Made by a program: the position numbers and the translations under genes | Shown here: piece after piece, positions 20,185 through 29,450 of the stretch | Position numbering within the stretch: position 1 is the stretch's first letter | Layout: each line of letters starts with the position of its first letter | Source: Candidatus Eiseniibacteriota bacterium | GTDB lineage: Bacteria; Eisenbacteria; RBG-16-71-46 | Assembly: GCA_963707915.1 (NCBI GenBank) | Contig: OY970178.1 | Span: 2,336,001 to 2,400,000, forward strand | DNA length: 64,000 nucleotides | Reading direction: 5' to 3' | Notes under the pieces: generated by a model | Databases searched by the model: none | The model's input: the letters and a program-made list of their open reading frames with translations, nothing else | What the model was told of the DNA's origin: nothing

Positions 20185-21116
20185 GACGTCCGCCCCGCGG
20201 AGGCGTCCTCCCGGCGGGCGGCCGCCGCGGCAGCGGCGCCGTTCGCGCCGCCGGAGCGCATCAGGACCAGGTACGCGTCCTCGAGCGTCGGATTCGCCGG
20301 CTCGAAGCCGGGGGGCGGAACGCGCGATGCGTCGTGCACGCGCACGCGGTGCCGGCCTTCGACCAGGATGGCCTGGGTCACGGTGCGCGCGCGGCGCAGG
20401 GCCGGCAGCTCGGCGGGCGTCACCGTGCCCTCGAAGATCGCGCCGTCCAGCGCGGCGCGGGCCTCCCGCGGCGTGGTGTGCGCGATCAGGCGGCCGTCGC
20501 GGATCACGGTGAAGCGCGGGCAGAGCACCGCGACGTCCTCGACGATGTGGGTCGAGAGGATCACGGTGCGGCCCTCGGCCAGCTCGGCGAGCAGGTGGTA
20601 GAAGCGCAGGCGCTCCTCCGGATCGAGCCCGGCCGTGGGCTCGTCCACGATCAGCAGCCGCGGGTCCCCGGCGATCGCCTGCGCGATGCCGAGGCGCTGC
20701 CGCATGCCGCCCGAGTAGGTCTTCACCTTGCGGCCGGCCGCGTACGAGAGGTTCACGCGCTCCAGCAACTCCCCGGCGAGCTCGCGGTGCCCCACGTTCG
20801 CGGCCACGCCCTTGAGGCGGAGCAGGTGGACCAGCATCTGCGCGCCCGTGAGGTGGGGGTAGAAGCCGAAGTCCTGCGGCAGGTAGCCGAGCCGCGCCCG
20901 CAGACGCTCCGGGCGGGCGAGGACGTCGTCGCCGTCGAGCGTCACCCGGCCCGAGGTCGGCTCGAGCAGCCCGGCAAGGATCCGCATGAGGGTGGACTTG
21001 CCCGCCCCGTTGGGCCCGAGCAGGCCGAACATGCCGAACGGCACCTCGAGATCGATGCCCTGCAGGGCCGCGACCGGGCCCGGGTAGACCTTGACCAGGG
21101 ACTGGATGGACAGCAT
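20181..21116 (-). CDS. ABC transporter ATP-binding protein
   Basis: Walker A GPNGAGKST, signature YSGGMRQR, Walker B LLIVDEPT, H-loop STH. Confidence 0.96.
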   Translation of the reverse strand: MLSIQSLVKVYPGPVAALQGIDLEVPFGMFGLLGPNGAGKSTLMRILAGLLEPTSGRVTLDGDDVLARPERLRARLGYLPQDFGFYPHLTGAQMLVHLLRLKGVAANVGHRELAGELLERVNLSYAAGRKVKTYSGGMRQRLGIAQAIAGDPRLLIVDEPTAGLDPEERLRFYHLLAELAEGRTVILSTHIVEDVAVLCPRFTVIRDGRLIAHTTPREARAALDGAIFEGTVTPAELPALRRARTVTQAILVEGRHRVRVHDASRVPPPGFEPANPTLEDAYLVLMRSGGANGAAAAAAARREDASAGRTS

Positions 21117-21251
21117 GGGGGCACCTCGCGGGCAAGAGCCGGCGGCCCGGTCCGGGCCGCGGGGGACGAGAGGACTACGGTCCGGAGGCCCGCCGGGTTG
21201 CCTCCGCTGTTCCGGGGGTCACCGGGGCGGGCGACCCAGTCGGGCGGCTCG

Positions 21252-21584
21252 TCAGCGCCGCTTCAGCGCCACTACCACGCCCAGCGCCACGGCGATCGCG
21301 GCGATCAGCATCAGCAGCGGCCAACTCGCGCCGCCGGTGTCGAAGCGGAGGGCGAGCGCCAGCCCCGCGACGGTCACGGCCGTGGCCAGCGCGATCAGCA
21401 CCCGCTTCGGAGCGCCCGCACCGCCCGTGCGGGAGACGGCGATCCGCGTGGCCTGGCTCACCTCGAAACCGCTCAGGTCCGGGTTCTGCTGCCGGAACTG
21501 CTCGATGGTCTCCGTCAGACGCTGGCCCAGCGCCTCGGCACGTGGCGAGGGGGTCGCGGGGATGACCGGGACGAAGACAGGCAC
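21252..21584 (-). CDS. Small hypothetical membrane protein
   Basis: GTG start with GGAGGG RBS; soluble N-terminal helix (LTETIEQFRQQNP) and two C-terminal TM helices. Confidence 0.65.
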   Translation of the reverse strand: MPVFVPVIPATPSPRAEALGQRLTETIEQFRQQNPDLSGFEVSQATRIAVSRTGGAGAPKRVLIALATAVTVAGLALALRFDTGGASWPLLMLIAAIAVALGVVVALKRR

Positions 21585-21620
21585 GTTCCCTCCGCTTGGT
21601 TGGAGCGTCTGTGCGGCTCG

Positions 21621-22496
21621 CTACTTCACCGCCGTGGAATCACCCACCGACGCGCCGGACACGCGGTCGGCGGGCGCCGCGACCGGCGCGCGCGCGGCGT
21701 CGAGCTGCGAGTACGGCGGTTCGCCCGCGGTCCACGAGTGAGGGATGGCGAAGACCACGAGCGTGACGATCGCGGCGAGCACGACCCATGCCTTTTCGAG
21801 CTTCGCGCGACCCAGGGCGAACGCTGCGGCGGCCCAGACGACCAGCGCGATGAGCGTCTTGTTGTCGGTGATGTCGTTGCCCACCGGGAAGCCGGTCCAC
21901 CACGGGCCGAACGCGTAGTGCGTGACGAACACGCCGATCGCCATGCCACCGACGAAGAGCGCCGCCAGCGTCCCCCCGACCAGCCCCTTGAAGCGCGGCG
22001 CGGGGCGGAAGACCTCGAGGCCGGCGCGTGTCGACAGCAGCATCGCCAGCATGATGATGAAGATGTGCGGGATGAGCACCCAGGGCGGGACGTCGTCGCG
22101 GAAGCGGATGGCCACGGGACGTTCGGCCGGGACGAGGATCGACTCGGCACCGCGCGCGAGCCGGACGCGGTACCAGAGCTTGGCGGCGGGCGGCCGATGC
22201 GGCAGCTCGGCCACCAGCGCGGCGCCTTCCTTCCTCATCGGCACCGCGGTCCACGGATCGCTCGAGCCGTACTCCTTCCACTCGACGACCCCGACGGCAT
22301 CCGCGGGCAGCGCTCCCAGCACGACGCGGTGGTCGCCCGCCCCGGCGTGCGTGCGGTCGAGCACGTAGTGGATCTCGGCGCCGCCGAGTGACGCCGTCCC
22401 GGAGAGCTCGTGGGTCGGCCCGGTCATGCGCTGCCAGCGTCCCGAGGCCAGGGTGATGAGGAGGGCGATGATCCACAGCCAGGCGGAACGGTTCAT
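21621..22496 (-). CDS. Conserved hypothetical membrane protein
   Basis: RBS AGGAG; MNRSAWLWIIALLITLASGRWQRMTGPT, a beta-rich periplasmic part, then TM helices with WVLIPHI and WTGFPVGNDITDNKTL. Confidence 0.78.
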   Translation of the reverse strand: MNRSAWLWIIALLITLASGRWQRMTGPTHELSGTASLGGAEIHYVLDRTHAGAGDHRVVLGALPADAVGVVEWKEYGSSDPWTAVPMRKEGAALVAELPHRPPAAKLWYRVRLARGAESILVPAERPVAIRFRDDVPPWVLIPHIFIIMLAMLLSTRAGLEVFRPAPRFKGLVGGTLAALFVGGMAIGVFVTHYAFGPWWTGFPVGNDITDNKTLIALVVWAAAAFALGRAKLEKAWVVLAAIVTLVVFAIPHSWTAGEPPYSQLDAARAPVAAPADRVSGASVGDSTAVK

Positions 22497-22682
22497 GGCG
22501 ATCGTCTCCTGGAGAGTCTCCTGCGGTTCGGAATCGGCCGGACGGGGCGGTACGTGGCCCTCGGCCGGCATGATAGACGATGCGGCCGCGGCGGCCGCAA
22601 CCGTCCCCGGGCCCGGCGACGGGCCCCGCGGGCGGCCGGCCCGCCGATCCTCCGGGGCGCAGCCGCATCCAACCGGGCGCCC

Positions 22683-24131
22683 ATGCGCGTCCTGTTCTGG
22701 TTCCGGAACGACCTGCGGCTCGCGGACAACACCGGCCTGCACGAGGCCGTGCGCGACGCGGCCGGCGACGTGGTCCCGTTCCACGCGACCGGGTCCGCCC
22801 CGGCGCGGCAGACCGCGGAACCGCGCGCGGCGCCCGGCGCGGGCGCCCCGGCGCGGGACCGCTTCGCGCGGGAATCCCTCGCCGACCTCGCGGGCGCGAT
22901 CGAGAGCGCCGGCTCGCGGCTGGCGCTGGACCACGCGCCCGCGATCGAGGCGGTGCCACGCGCCGCGCGGCTGGCCCGCGCGGACGCGGTCTACTGGAAC
23001 GACGAGTACGAGCCGGCGAGCGAGCGGCGCGATGCGCAGGTCGAGCGGGCCCTGCGCGCGGCGGGCGTGACGGTGCGGCGCTTCCACGACCGGCTGCTGG
23101 TGCCGCCCGGGGCGGTGCTCACGAAGGCCGGCACGCCCTTCGTGGTGTACACGGCGTTCCGAAGGGCCTGCGAAGCGCTGCCGCCCGGCTCTCCCCTGCC
23201 CGCCGTGACCCGGCTCGCATCCCACGACCTCCCGGCGCAGCCGCCCGCGACGCCCGGGCCCGGCGTCGCGCCGCCCGGGTGGCCCGGCGGAGCCGCGCCC
23301 GGGCGCAGGCGTCTCGCGCACTTCGTCCATCACCGCCTGGCGCGCTACGCCGCGGAACGCGACCTCCTCGCCGGCGATGCCGGCTCGCGCCTCTCGGCAG
23401 ACCTGCGTTGCGGCACGCTCTCGCCGCGCACGGTGGCGGCGGCGGTGCTGGGCGCCGCCCGGGCCGCGCCGGAGGACCGCGCGCTGGCGGCCGCGGCGGC
23501 GAAGTTCGTGGCCGAGCTGCGCTGGCGGGACTTCTACGCGCACGTCCTGCACCACTTCCCGCACTGCGAGCACGGCGCGTTCCGGCGCACGTACGCGGAC
23601 ATCCGCTGGCCGGGCGACCCGGCGCACTTCGACGCGTGGCGCGAGGGCCGCACCGGCTACCCGGTGGTGGACGCCGCCATGCGGGAGCTGGCCGCGACCG
23701 CCTTCATGCACAACCGGGCCCGCATGATCGCGGCGTCGTTCCTGGCCAAGGACCTGCTGCTCGACTGGCGCCTGGGAGAGGCGCACTTCATGCGGCACCT
23801 GGTCGACGGGGACCTGGCCAGCAACAACGGCGGCTGGCAGTGGGTGGCCGGGACGGGCACGGACGCCCAGCCCTTCTTCCGCATCTTCAACCCGGTCCTG
23901 CAAGGCCTCCGCTTCGACCCCGGCGGGGACTACGTCCGGCGCTGGGTGCCCGAGCTCGGGCGGCTGCCGGCCCGCTGGATCCACCGGCCGTGGGAGGCAC
24001 CGGCCGGGGTGTGCGAAGCGGCGGGCGCGAGGCTCGGGGTGGACTACCCGGAGCGCATCGTGGAGCACGGGGAACAGCGGGAGTCGGCCCGCGCGCTGGT
24101 GCGGACGAGGGGGGTCTCAGGCGGCCCGTGA
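22683..24131 (+). CDS. phrB: Deoxyribodipyrimidine photolyase (class I CPD/cryptochrome family)
   Basis: WFRNDLRLADN, ELRWRDFY, WREGRTGYPVVDAAMREL, MHNRARM, DGDLASNNGGWQW, FRIFNP, YVRRWVPEL. Confidence 0.93.
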   Translation: MRVLFWFRNDLRLADNTGLHEAVRDAAGDVVPFHATGSAPARQTAEPRAAPGAGAPARDRFARESLADLAGAIESAGSRLALDHAPAIEAVPRAARLARADAVYWNDEYEPASERRDAQVERALRAAGVTVRRFHDRLLVPPGAVLTKAGTPFVVYTAFRRACEALPPGSPLPAVTRLASHDLPAQPPATPGPGVAPPGWPGGAAPGRRRLAHFVHHRLARYAAERDLLAGDAGSRLSADLRCGTLSPRTVAAAVLGAARAAPEDRALAAAAAKFVAELRWRDFYAHVLHHFPHCEHGAFRRTYADIRWPGDPAHFDAWREGRTGYPVVDAAMRELAATAFMHNRARMIAASFLAKDLLLDWRLGEAHFMRHLVDGDLASNNGGWQWVAGTGTDAQPFFRIFNPVLQGLRFDPGGDYVRRWVPELGRLPARWIHRPWEAPAGVCEAAGARLGVDYPERIVEHGEQRESARALVRTRGVSGGP

Positions 24132-24650
24132 TCCGGCCCGCTCGCCGGATGCCCGGGAGGCCGGGGGACGGTCGCCGACGGCACGGGCCAGGTCCAGTGA
24201 CGGCCGCGCCGCCGCCCGCCGGGACGGACGGTCCCGCAGGGCGAACCGGGCCCCGGCCAGAGTCAGCACGACCGCGGCGGAGCCGAACCAGGGGGCCTCG
24301 GTGAAGAGCCTCGCGAACTCGGCCCCGGTCGAGCGAAGGCCGAAGCCCGAGTCGGGCGAGCCCTGGGCCACCGCGAACGCGCTCGAGGCGAGGAGCGCGA
24401 GCACGGCCCCGGCAGGGGCCAACAGCCAGGCCGCCACCCTGACGAACCCGTCGCCGCGACGACCACCGTGACGGCAGGCCCAGGCGATCAACCAGCCGAG
24501 ACCCGGCGCAGCCGGAAGCGACCATGCGCCGAAGACGACGGCCATCCCGGACCAGGCCGCGGCTCCGAGAACGAGCGCGAGGATCCCGTAGGACGTGGCG
24601 AGGACGTGTTCCGGGACGATCGGGTCCGCCGGGTCGAGACGCGTCTCCAT
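24117..24650 (-). CDS. Hypothetical membrane protein
   Basis: About four hydrophobic segments; ATG at 24650 with GGAGG upstream (alternative 24704); stop overlaps the photolyase 3' end. Confidence 0.55.
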   Translation of the reverse strand: METRLDPADPIVPEHVLATSYGILALVLGAAAWSGMAVVFGAWSLPAAPGLGWLIAWACRHGGRRGDGFVRVAAWLLAPAGAVLALLASSAFAVAQGSPDSGFGLRSTGAEFARLFTEAPWFGSAAVVLTLAGARFALRDRPSRRAAARPSLDLARAVGDRPPASRASGERAGSRAA

Positions 24651-24709
24651 CCAGCAGTTTTCGACCTCCGCGAGCGGGGACTGAAGAGGCACGTGGAGCC
24701 CCATCCCGG

Positions 24710-24744
24710 CTCACGATATTTCGTGACTTACGAAATGTCGTGAG
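24710..24744. promoter_or_regulatory. Palindromic operator with two tandem TYACGA-N4-TCGTGA sites
   Basis: CTCACGATATTTCGT-gactt-ACGAAATGTCGTGAG: 15-bp arms, one mismatch, AT-rich against the background, between divergent genes. Confidence 0.75.
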
Positions 24745-24771
24745 TTAGGATGCGGATCACGAGGTGCTCAC

Positions 24772-25635
24772 ATGAGCGAACAACTTACAATCCTGCAATC
24801 ACTTCAGCCCGTACTGTCCACGCTGCTCGAGGCCGGGATGGCCTCGTGCGACGGGGTGGCGGCGCAGGCCTGGCTTGTGGGCCCCGGTGATGTCTGCGAC
24901 TCCTGCCCGATGCGTCCCGATTGCCCCGCCCGGGACAGTTGCCTCCACCTGGTCGCGAGCGTCGGGGCCGACGGCGCCGGGATGCGAGCTCCCGTCCGCA
25001 TCCCGATCGGCGTCGGATCGCTGGGCCGGATCCCGACGGCCCACGACCCGCTGGTCGTGAGGTCGGGCCTCGACTCTCACGGTCTGGCCGCCGCCGACTG
25101 GCTCAAGAAGAACGGCGTGCGCGCGATCGCGGCGCTTCCGCTCGAGCACGGCGAGCGTTGCATCGGCGTGCTCGCGGTCTACTCCCGCAACACGCTGCCC
25201 GACGAACAACTGCGACTCATGGCCACCTCGACGCGATTGGGGGCGGCGGCCCTCGGGAACGTCGCGGCCTTCCGGACCCTGGCGGCCGATCGCAACCGGC
25301 TGGCGGCGAAGAACGCGCGACTGCGCGCGGGGCTGGGACTGTCGCCGGAACCCGAGCCGGCACCCCCGTCGCCCCCGCCCTCCGCCCGGGGTTCCGCCCC
25401 GCCCCCACCGGTCCCCGCACCGGCCGACGCCGCTGCCGCGCTCCACCAGGGAGCGTTCGCGCCGCAGCCCCCGCGCAGCTTCGCCGAGGTCCAGCGCGAG
25501 GGCATCCTGCGCACGCTCGAGCTCACGCGCTGGCGGGTGAGCGGGCCGAAGGGAGCGGCGGCCGTGCTGGGCCTCAAGCCCACCACGCTCGAATCGAAGA
25601 TGAAGAAGCTCGGCATCCGCCGGCCGCCGCGCTGA
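24772..25635 (+). CDS. GAF domain plus Fis-type HTH regulator (FhlA-like, no AAA+ domain)
   Basis: GAF (RIPIGVGSLGRI...AIAALPL...IGVLAVYS) with a CDSCPMRPDCPARDSC insert, short coiled coil, Pro-rich linker, C-terminal WRVSGPKGAAAVLGLKPTTLESKMKKLGI. Confidence 0.85.
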   Translation: MSEQLTILQSLQPVLSTLLEAGMASCDGVAAQAWLVGPGDVCDSCPMRPDCPARDSCLHLVASVGADGAGMRAPVRIPIGVGSLGRIPTAHDPLVVRSGLDSHGLAAADWLKKNGVRAIAALPLEHGERCIGVLAVYSRNTLPDEQLRLMATSTRLGAAALGNVAAFRTLAADRNRLAAKNARLRAGLGLSPEPEPAPPSPPPSARGSAPPPPVPAPADAAAALHQGAFAPQPPRSFAEVQREGILRTLELTRWRVSGPKGAAAVLGLKPTTLESKMKKLGIRRPPR

Positions 25636-25646
25636 CCTACGCGACC

Positions 25647-26735
25647 ATGCCCGTGACGAAGCCCCACCCCTGGGATCGTCCCGCCCCCGAGCGGGCCGGA
25701 AGGCCATCGGCCTACGCGTTGCTGCCCGAGGACTTCACGGCCCTGGGCGCGCCGGGGCGGGCCGAACACCTCTTCCTCCAGTGCCAGCATCCCTGGGCCT
25801 GGGTGGAAGGCCGGCCCCGGCTGAGCCGGGAGATCCGGGAGTGGATGGCCCTGAACGTGGACCTGGCGCTGCCGACGATCCTGGAGCGCCACGTCTCGGA
25901 GGATGGCAGCACCCGGCTGGTGCTGGGCCTCACGGACGGCGAGCGCATCGAGACCGTGCTCATGCCCCGCGAGTTCCGCGATCCACGCGTGTCCCTTTGC
26001 CTCAGCAGCCAGGTGGGCTGTGCCATGGGTTGCACCTTCTGCGCCACCGGCGCCATGGGGATCAAGCGCAACCTGACCGCCGGGGAGATCGTGGGGCAGG
26101 TCCTGGCCCTGCTGCGGGAGCGGGGACGCGGGAAGCCCCACCAGATCGCGCTGGTCTTCATGGGCATGGGCGAACCGCTTCACAACCTGGCGCACGTGCA
26201 TCGGGCCATCCGGGTCTTCAACCATGCGCAGGGCCTCAACATCAGCACCCGGCGAATCACCGTCTCCACCTCGGGCCTGGTCAGCGGCATCGAGCGGCTG
26301 GCGAAGCTCTCGCCCCGGCCCTGGCTCGCCCTGTCCCTCAACGCCACCACCGACACGGCCCGCAGCGCGGTGATGCCGGTCAACCGGGTGTGGAACCTGG
26401 CGCGCCTGCGCCAGGCGCTGGAGGCCTGGCCCCTGAGTGCCAGGGAGCGGCTCACCCTCGAGTACGTGCTGATGGCGGGCGTCAACGACACGCCGCAGGA
26501 CGCCGACCGTCTCGCCGAGTGGATGGGCAGCCTGCGCAGGCATCACAACCTCAACCTCATCCGCATGAACGAGCACGCCGGATCGGCCTTCAAGGAGCCC
26601 GGGGAGGACCGGCTGGATGCCTTCGTGGGCCGCTTGAAGGCGCGGGGCTGCTTCGTCACCGTCCGCAGGAGCCGCGGACGAGACGTGCAAGGGGCCTGCG
26701 GCCAGCTGACCCGGGGAGGACACGGCCGGCGCTGA
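25647..26735 (+). CDS. rlmN: RlmN/Cfr-family radical SAM RNA methyltransferase
   Basis: IETVLMP, CLSSQVGCAMGCTFCATG, FMGMGEP, ITVSTSG, LEYVLMAGVND, GACGQL; N-terminus short and atypical, start uncertain. Confidence 0.85.
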   Translation: MPVTKPHPWDRPAPERAGRPSAYALLPEDFTALGAPGRAEHLFLQCQHPWAWVEGRPRLSREIREWMALNVDLALPTILERHVSEDGSTRLVLGLTDGERIETVLMPREFRDPRVSLCLSSQVGCAMGCTFCATGAMGIKRNLTAGEIVGQVLALLRERGRGKPHQIALVFMGMGEPLHNLAHVHRAIRVFNHAQGLNISTRRITVSTSGLVSGIERLAKLSPRPWLALSLNATTDTARSAVMPVNRVWNLARLRQALEAWPLSARERLTLEYVLMAGVNDTPQDADRLAEWMGSLRRHHNLNLIRMNEHAGSAFKEPGEDRLDAFVGRLKARGCFVTVRRSRGRDVQGACGQLTRGGHGRR

Positions 26736-26924
26736 GGCCCGTCACCGGGCCCGCGGGGCGGCGTCGCGTCCGGGCGGCCCACGAGCTGCGCGTCCACTTC
26801 GTTGGCGCCACCGACAACTCCGTAAGCGGTTGTGATGGAACACATTATATACTTGACTCGCCGATCCCGCACGACGTATTCGTATCCCCGCCCGGCCCCG
26901 GGGCGAGGAGGGGAGGTGAGGAGG

Positions 26925-27293
26925 ATGAGGCAGAGCCGGAAGGTTCTCGCACTGTGTGCGGCGCTCGCCCTGGTCGCCGTCACCGCTGCGGCGCTCCCCG
27001 CGCTCGCGGCACGCAAGCCCGAGGCGTCGGCCACGAGCGCTTCGGCCAAGGCGAAGCAGACGACCCGGCAGTTCACCGGGGTCGTGACCGCCCTGGACAA
27101 GACCAGTCTCACGGTCGAGAAGGGTGGCAAGAAGCCCAGCACGATGGTGTTCACCAGGCACGCCGAGATGCGCATGGTCGGCGACCTGGAGAAGGACGCC
27201 CGCGTGACGGTCTACTACCGCGCGGAAGGCCGCGAGGCCGTCGCCACGCGGGTCGTCGTGAAGCCCGCGAAGGACGACGCGAGCGAGCGCTGA
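26925..27293 (+). CDS. Small exported hypothetical protein (OB-fold-like)
   Basis: Strong RBS GAGGAGG; signal peptide ending ALA-A; FTGVVTALDKTSLTVE...DARVTVYY...ATRVVV beta pattern. Confidence 0.75.
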   Translation: MRQSRKVLALCAALALVAVTAAALPALAARKPEASATSASAKAKQTTRQFTGVVTALDKTSLTVEKGGKKPSTMVFTRHAEMRMVGDLEKDARVTVYYRAEGREAVATRVVVKPAKDDASER

Positions 27294-27352
27294 GGAAGTC
27301 CCGGACCGGGCGGGCTCCCGCGCCCGGCCCCGGGCCGCGGACGCCCGGCCAC

Positions 27353-29440
27353 CTACGCGGCCAGCGCCGGGCGGTCGGTGTCGATGACCTCGCGGACCTT
27401 GTGCGCGAGCACCTCGGGAGCGAAGGGCTTCTGCAGGAACCAGGTCCCCGCCCCGAGCAGTCCCTCGCCCACGAAGGCGTCGTTGGCGTAGCCGGACACG
27501 TAGAGCACCCGCGTCCCGGGGCGGCGGCGCACGAACTCCAGCGCCAGTTCCCGGCCGCTGCGGCCCGGCATCACCACGTCGGTGACGAGCAGGGCGATGG
27601 GCTCCCCGCAGCGCTCCTCGACCGCCAGCGCCTCGTGCGCGTCACCCGCCACCAGCACGCGGTACCCGTGCCCGGCGAGCACTTCCGCCTCGAGCGAGCG
27701 CACCGCCGGCTCATCCTCCACGACGAGCACGGTCTCCTGGCCCGATGCGGCGGGCACCGACTCGACCGCCTCCTCGCCGGCGGCGGCGGCCGGCTCGACG
27801 CGCGGCAGGTAGATGCGGAAGGTCGCGCCCCGACCCGGTTCGCTCTCCACCTGGATCGCGCCGGCGCTCTGCTGGACGATCCCGTACACGGTCGCGAGCC
27901 CCAGCCCGGTCCCCTTGCCGACTTCCTTGGTCGTGAAGAAGGGCTCGAAGATGCGCACCCGGGTCGCGGCGTCCATGCCGCAACCGGTGTCGCCGACCGC
28001 CAGCATCACGTGCGGACCCGAGCGCAGCGCCGTGTCGATCCCCCGCGCGGCCGCGTCCAGCTCGACGTCGGCCAGCGCGATGGTGAGCGTGCCGCCGCCC
28101 GGCATGGCGTCGCGCGCGTTGATCGCCAGGTTCATGACCACCTGTTCGACCTGGCCGGGGTCGGCCTTGACCCGGCCGAGCCGGGGCGCGCGCGGCGCGA
28201 CGAGGCGGATGTGCTCGCCCAGCAGGTGGGAGAGCATCGGCACCATGCCCTGCACCACCTCGTCCAGGTCCAGCACCCGGGACTCGATCGGCTGCTTGCG
28301 GCTGAACGCCAGCAACTGGCGCGTGAGCGCGGCGGCGCGCGCGGCGGCCCGGTGGATCTCCTGGACCCGGTGCAGGTCCGCGACCCGGTCGGTGAGCGAC
28401 CGGGACAGCAACTCGCAGTAGCCGGTGATGACGGTGAGCAGGTTGTTGAAGTCGTGCGCCACGCCGCCCGCGAGCTGGCCGACGGCCTCCATGCGCTGGG
28501 TCTGCCGGTACTGCTCCTCGAGGCGACGGCGCTCGGTGACGTCGTTCGCAAGCACCATGACCGCGGGCCGGCCGTAGAACGTCAGCGGGTTCCCCAGTGT
28601 CTCGACGTCGATGAGCGCCCCGCCCTTCGTGCAGTGCCGGAACACGCCCGGCCGCAGGGGGGCGTCCGCCAGCCGGCGCATCACTTCGAGCAGCGCCGGC
28701 ACCTCCTCGGGGGGACGGATGTCCGCCGCGGTCATGGCGAGGAACTCCTCGCGCGACCAGCCGTAGTGGTCCACGGCGGCCTGGTTGACCGCCAGGAACG
28801 CGAGCGTCTCGCGGTCGAACACCCACATCGGCTGCGGGTTCGCGTCGAAGAGCAGCCGGTAGTGCTGTTCCGAGCGGCGCAGGGCGTCCTCCGCCCGCCG
28901 CAGGCCGGTGACGTCACGGATGATGCACAGCGCGCGGTCACCCGACAGCCGCACCACGCGCCCGTCGCGATGCAGCTCTTCCCCGCCGAACGTGATCGTG
29001 TACTCGAGGTGCTCCGCGGCCGAGCCGCTCTGGATGCGCGCGAAGGCCCGGCCGAGCCCCGCTCCCGCCTCCCCGGGGATGGCGTCCTGGAGGAGCCGCC
29101 CCTCCATCTCGCGCGGATCGAAGGTCGTCATCCCGTCCGGGCCCGCGGGCGGGCGGTAGGAGAGGATGCGGCCCTCCGCGTCGAGGATGACGAACAGGTC
29201 CGGCAGCGCCTGCAGGGTGCCGCGCAGCTCGGCATTCGCGCGCAGCAGTTCGTCGGAGGAGAGCTCGAGCGAGCGCTCGAGCGTCGCGCGGCCGGTCTCG
29301 AAGCGCCGGTACGACTCGTCGACCACCTCGAGCAGGCGCTCCAGCCCCGGGGGAGGCTCGCCCCCGGGGAACAGGGCGAGCAGTTGCCTCCGCAGGAGGG
29401 GGGAGGTCACGGACACCGGGCGGGGCGATGGCGCGGACAT
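27353..29440 (-). CDS. Cytoplasmic hybrid PAS-PAS histidine kinase with receiver domain
   Basis: Two PAS domains ([18 protein letters not shown]), [42 protein letters not shown], receiver VVEDE/TDVVMP/KPF. Start may be the GTG at 29410. Confidence 0.95.
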   Translation of the reverse strand: MSAPSPRPVSVTSPLLRRQLLALFPGGEPPPGLERLLEVVDESYRRFETGRATLERSLELSSDELLRANAELRGTLQALPDLFVILDAEGRILSYRPPAGPDGMTTFDPREMEGRLLQDAIPGEAGAGLGRAFARIQSGSAAEHLEYTITFGGEELHRDGRVVRLSGDRALCIIRDVTGLRRAEDALRRSEQHYRLLFDANPQPMWVFDRETLAFLAVNQAAVDHYGWSREEFLAMTAADIRPPEEVPALLEVMRRLADAPLRPGVFRHCTKGGALIDVETLGNPLTFYGRPAVMVLANDVTERRRLEEQYRQTQRMEAVGQLAGGVAHDFNNLLTVITGYCELLSRSLTDRVADLHRVQEIHRAAARAAALTRQLLAFSRKQPIESRVLDLDEVVQGMVPMLSHLLGEHIRLVAPRAPRLGRVKADPGQVEQVVMNLAINARDAMPGGGTLTIALADVELDAAARGIDTALRSGPHVMLAVGDTGCGMDAATRVRIFEPFFTTKEVGKGTGLGLATVYGIVQQSAGAIQVESEPGRGATFRIYLPRVEPAAAAGEEAVESVPAASGQETVLVVEDEPAVRSLEAEVLAGHGYRVLVAGDAHEALAVEERCGEPIALLVTDVVMPGRSGRELALEFVRRRPGTRVLYVSGYANDAFVGEGLLGAGTWFLQKPFAPEVLAHKVREVIDTDRPALAA

Positions 29441-29450
29441 GGTCCGGGGA

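Noticed and set aside
14914..20601. 1895-aa plus-strand ORF and similar giant ORFs (15122-19852, 25781-30004, 7499-10792)
   Set aside because: Arg/Ala/Gly/Pro-rich shadow frames overlapping well-supported genes; stop codons are rare at this GC content.
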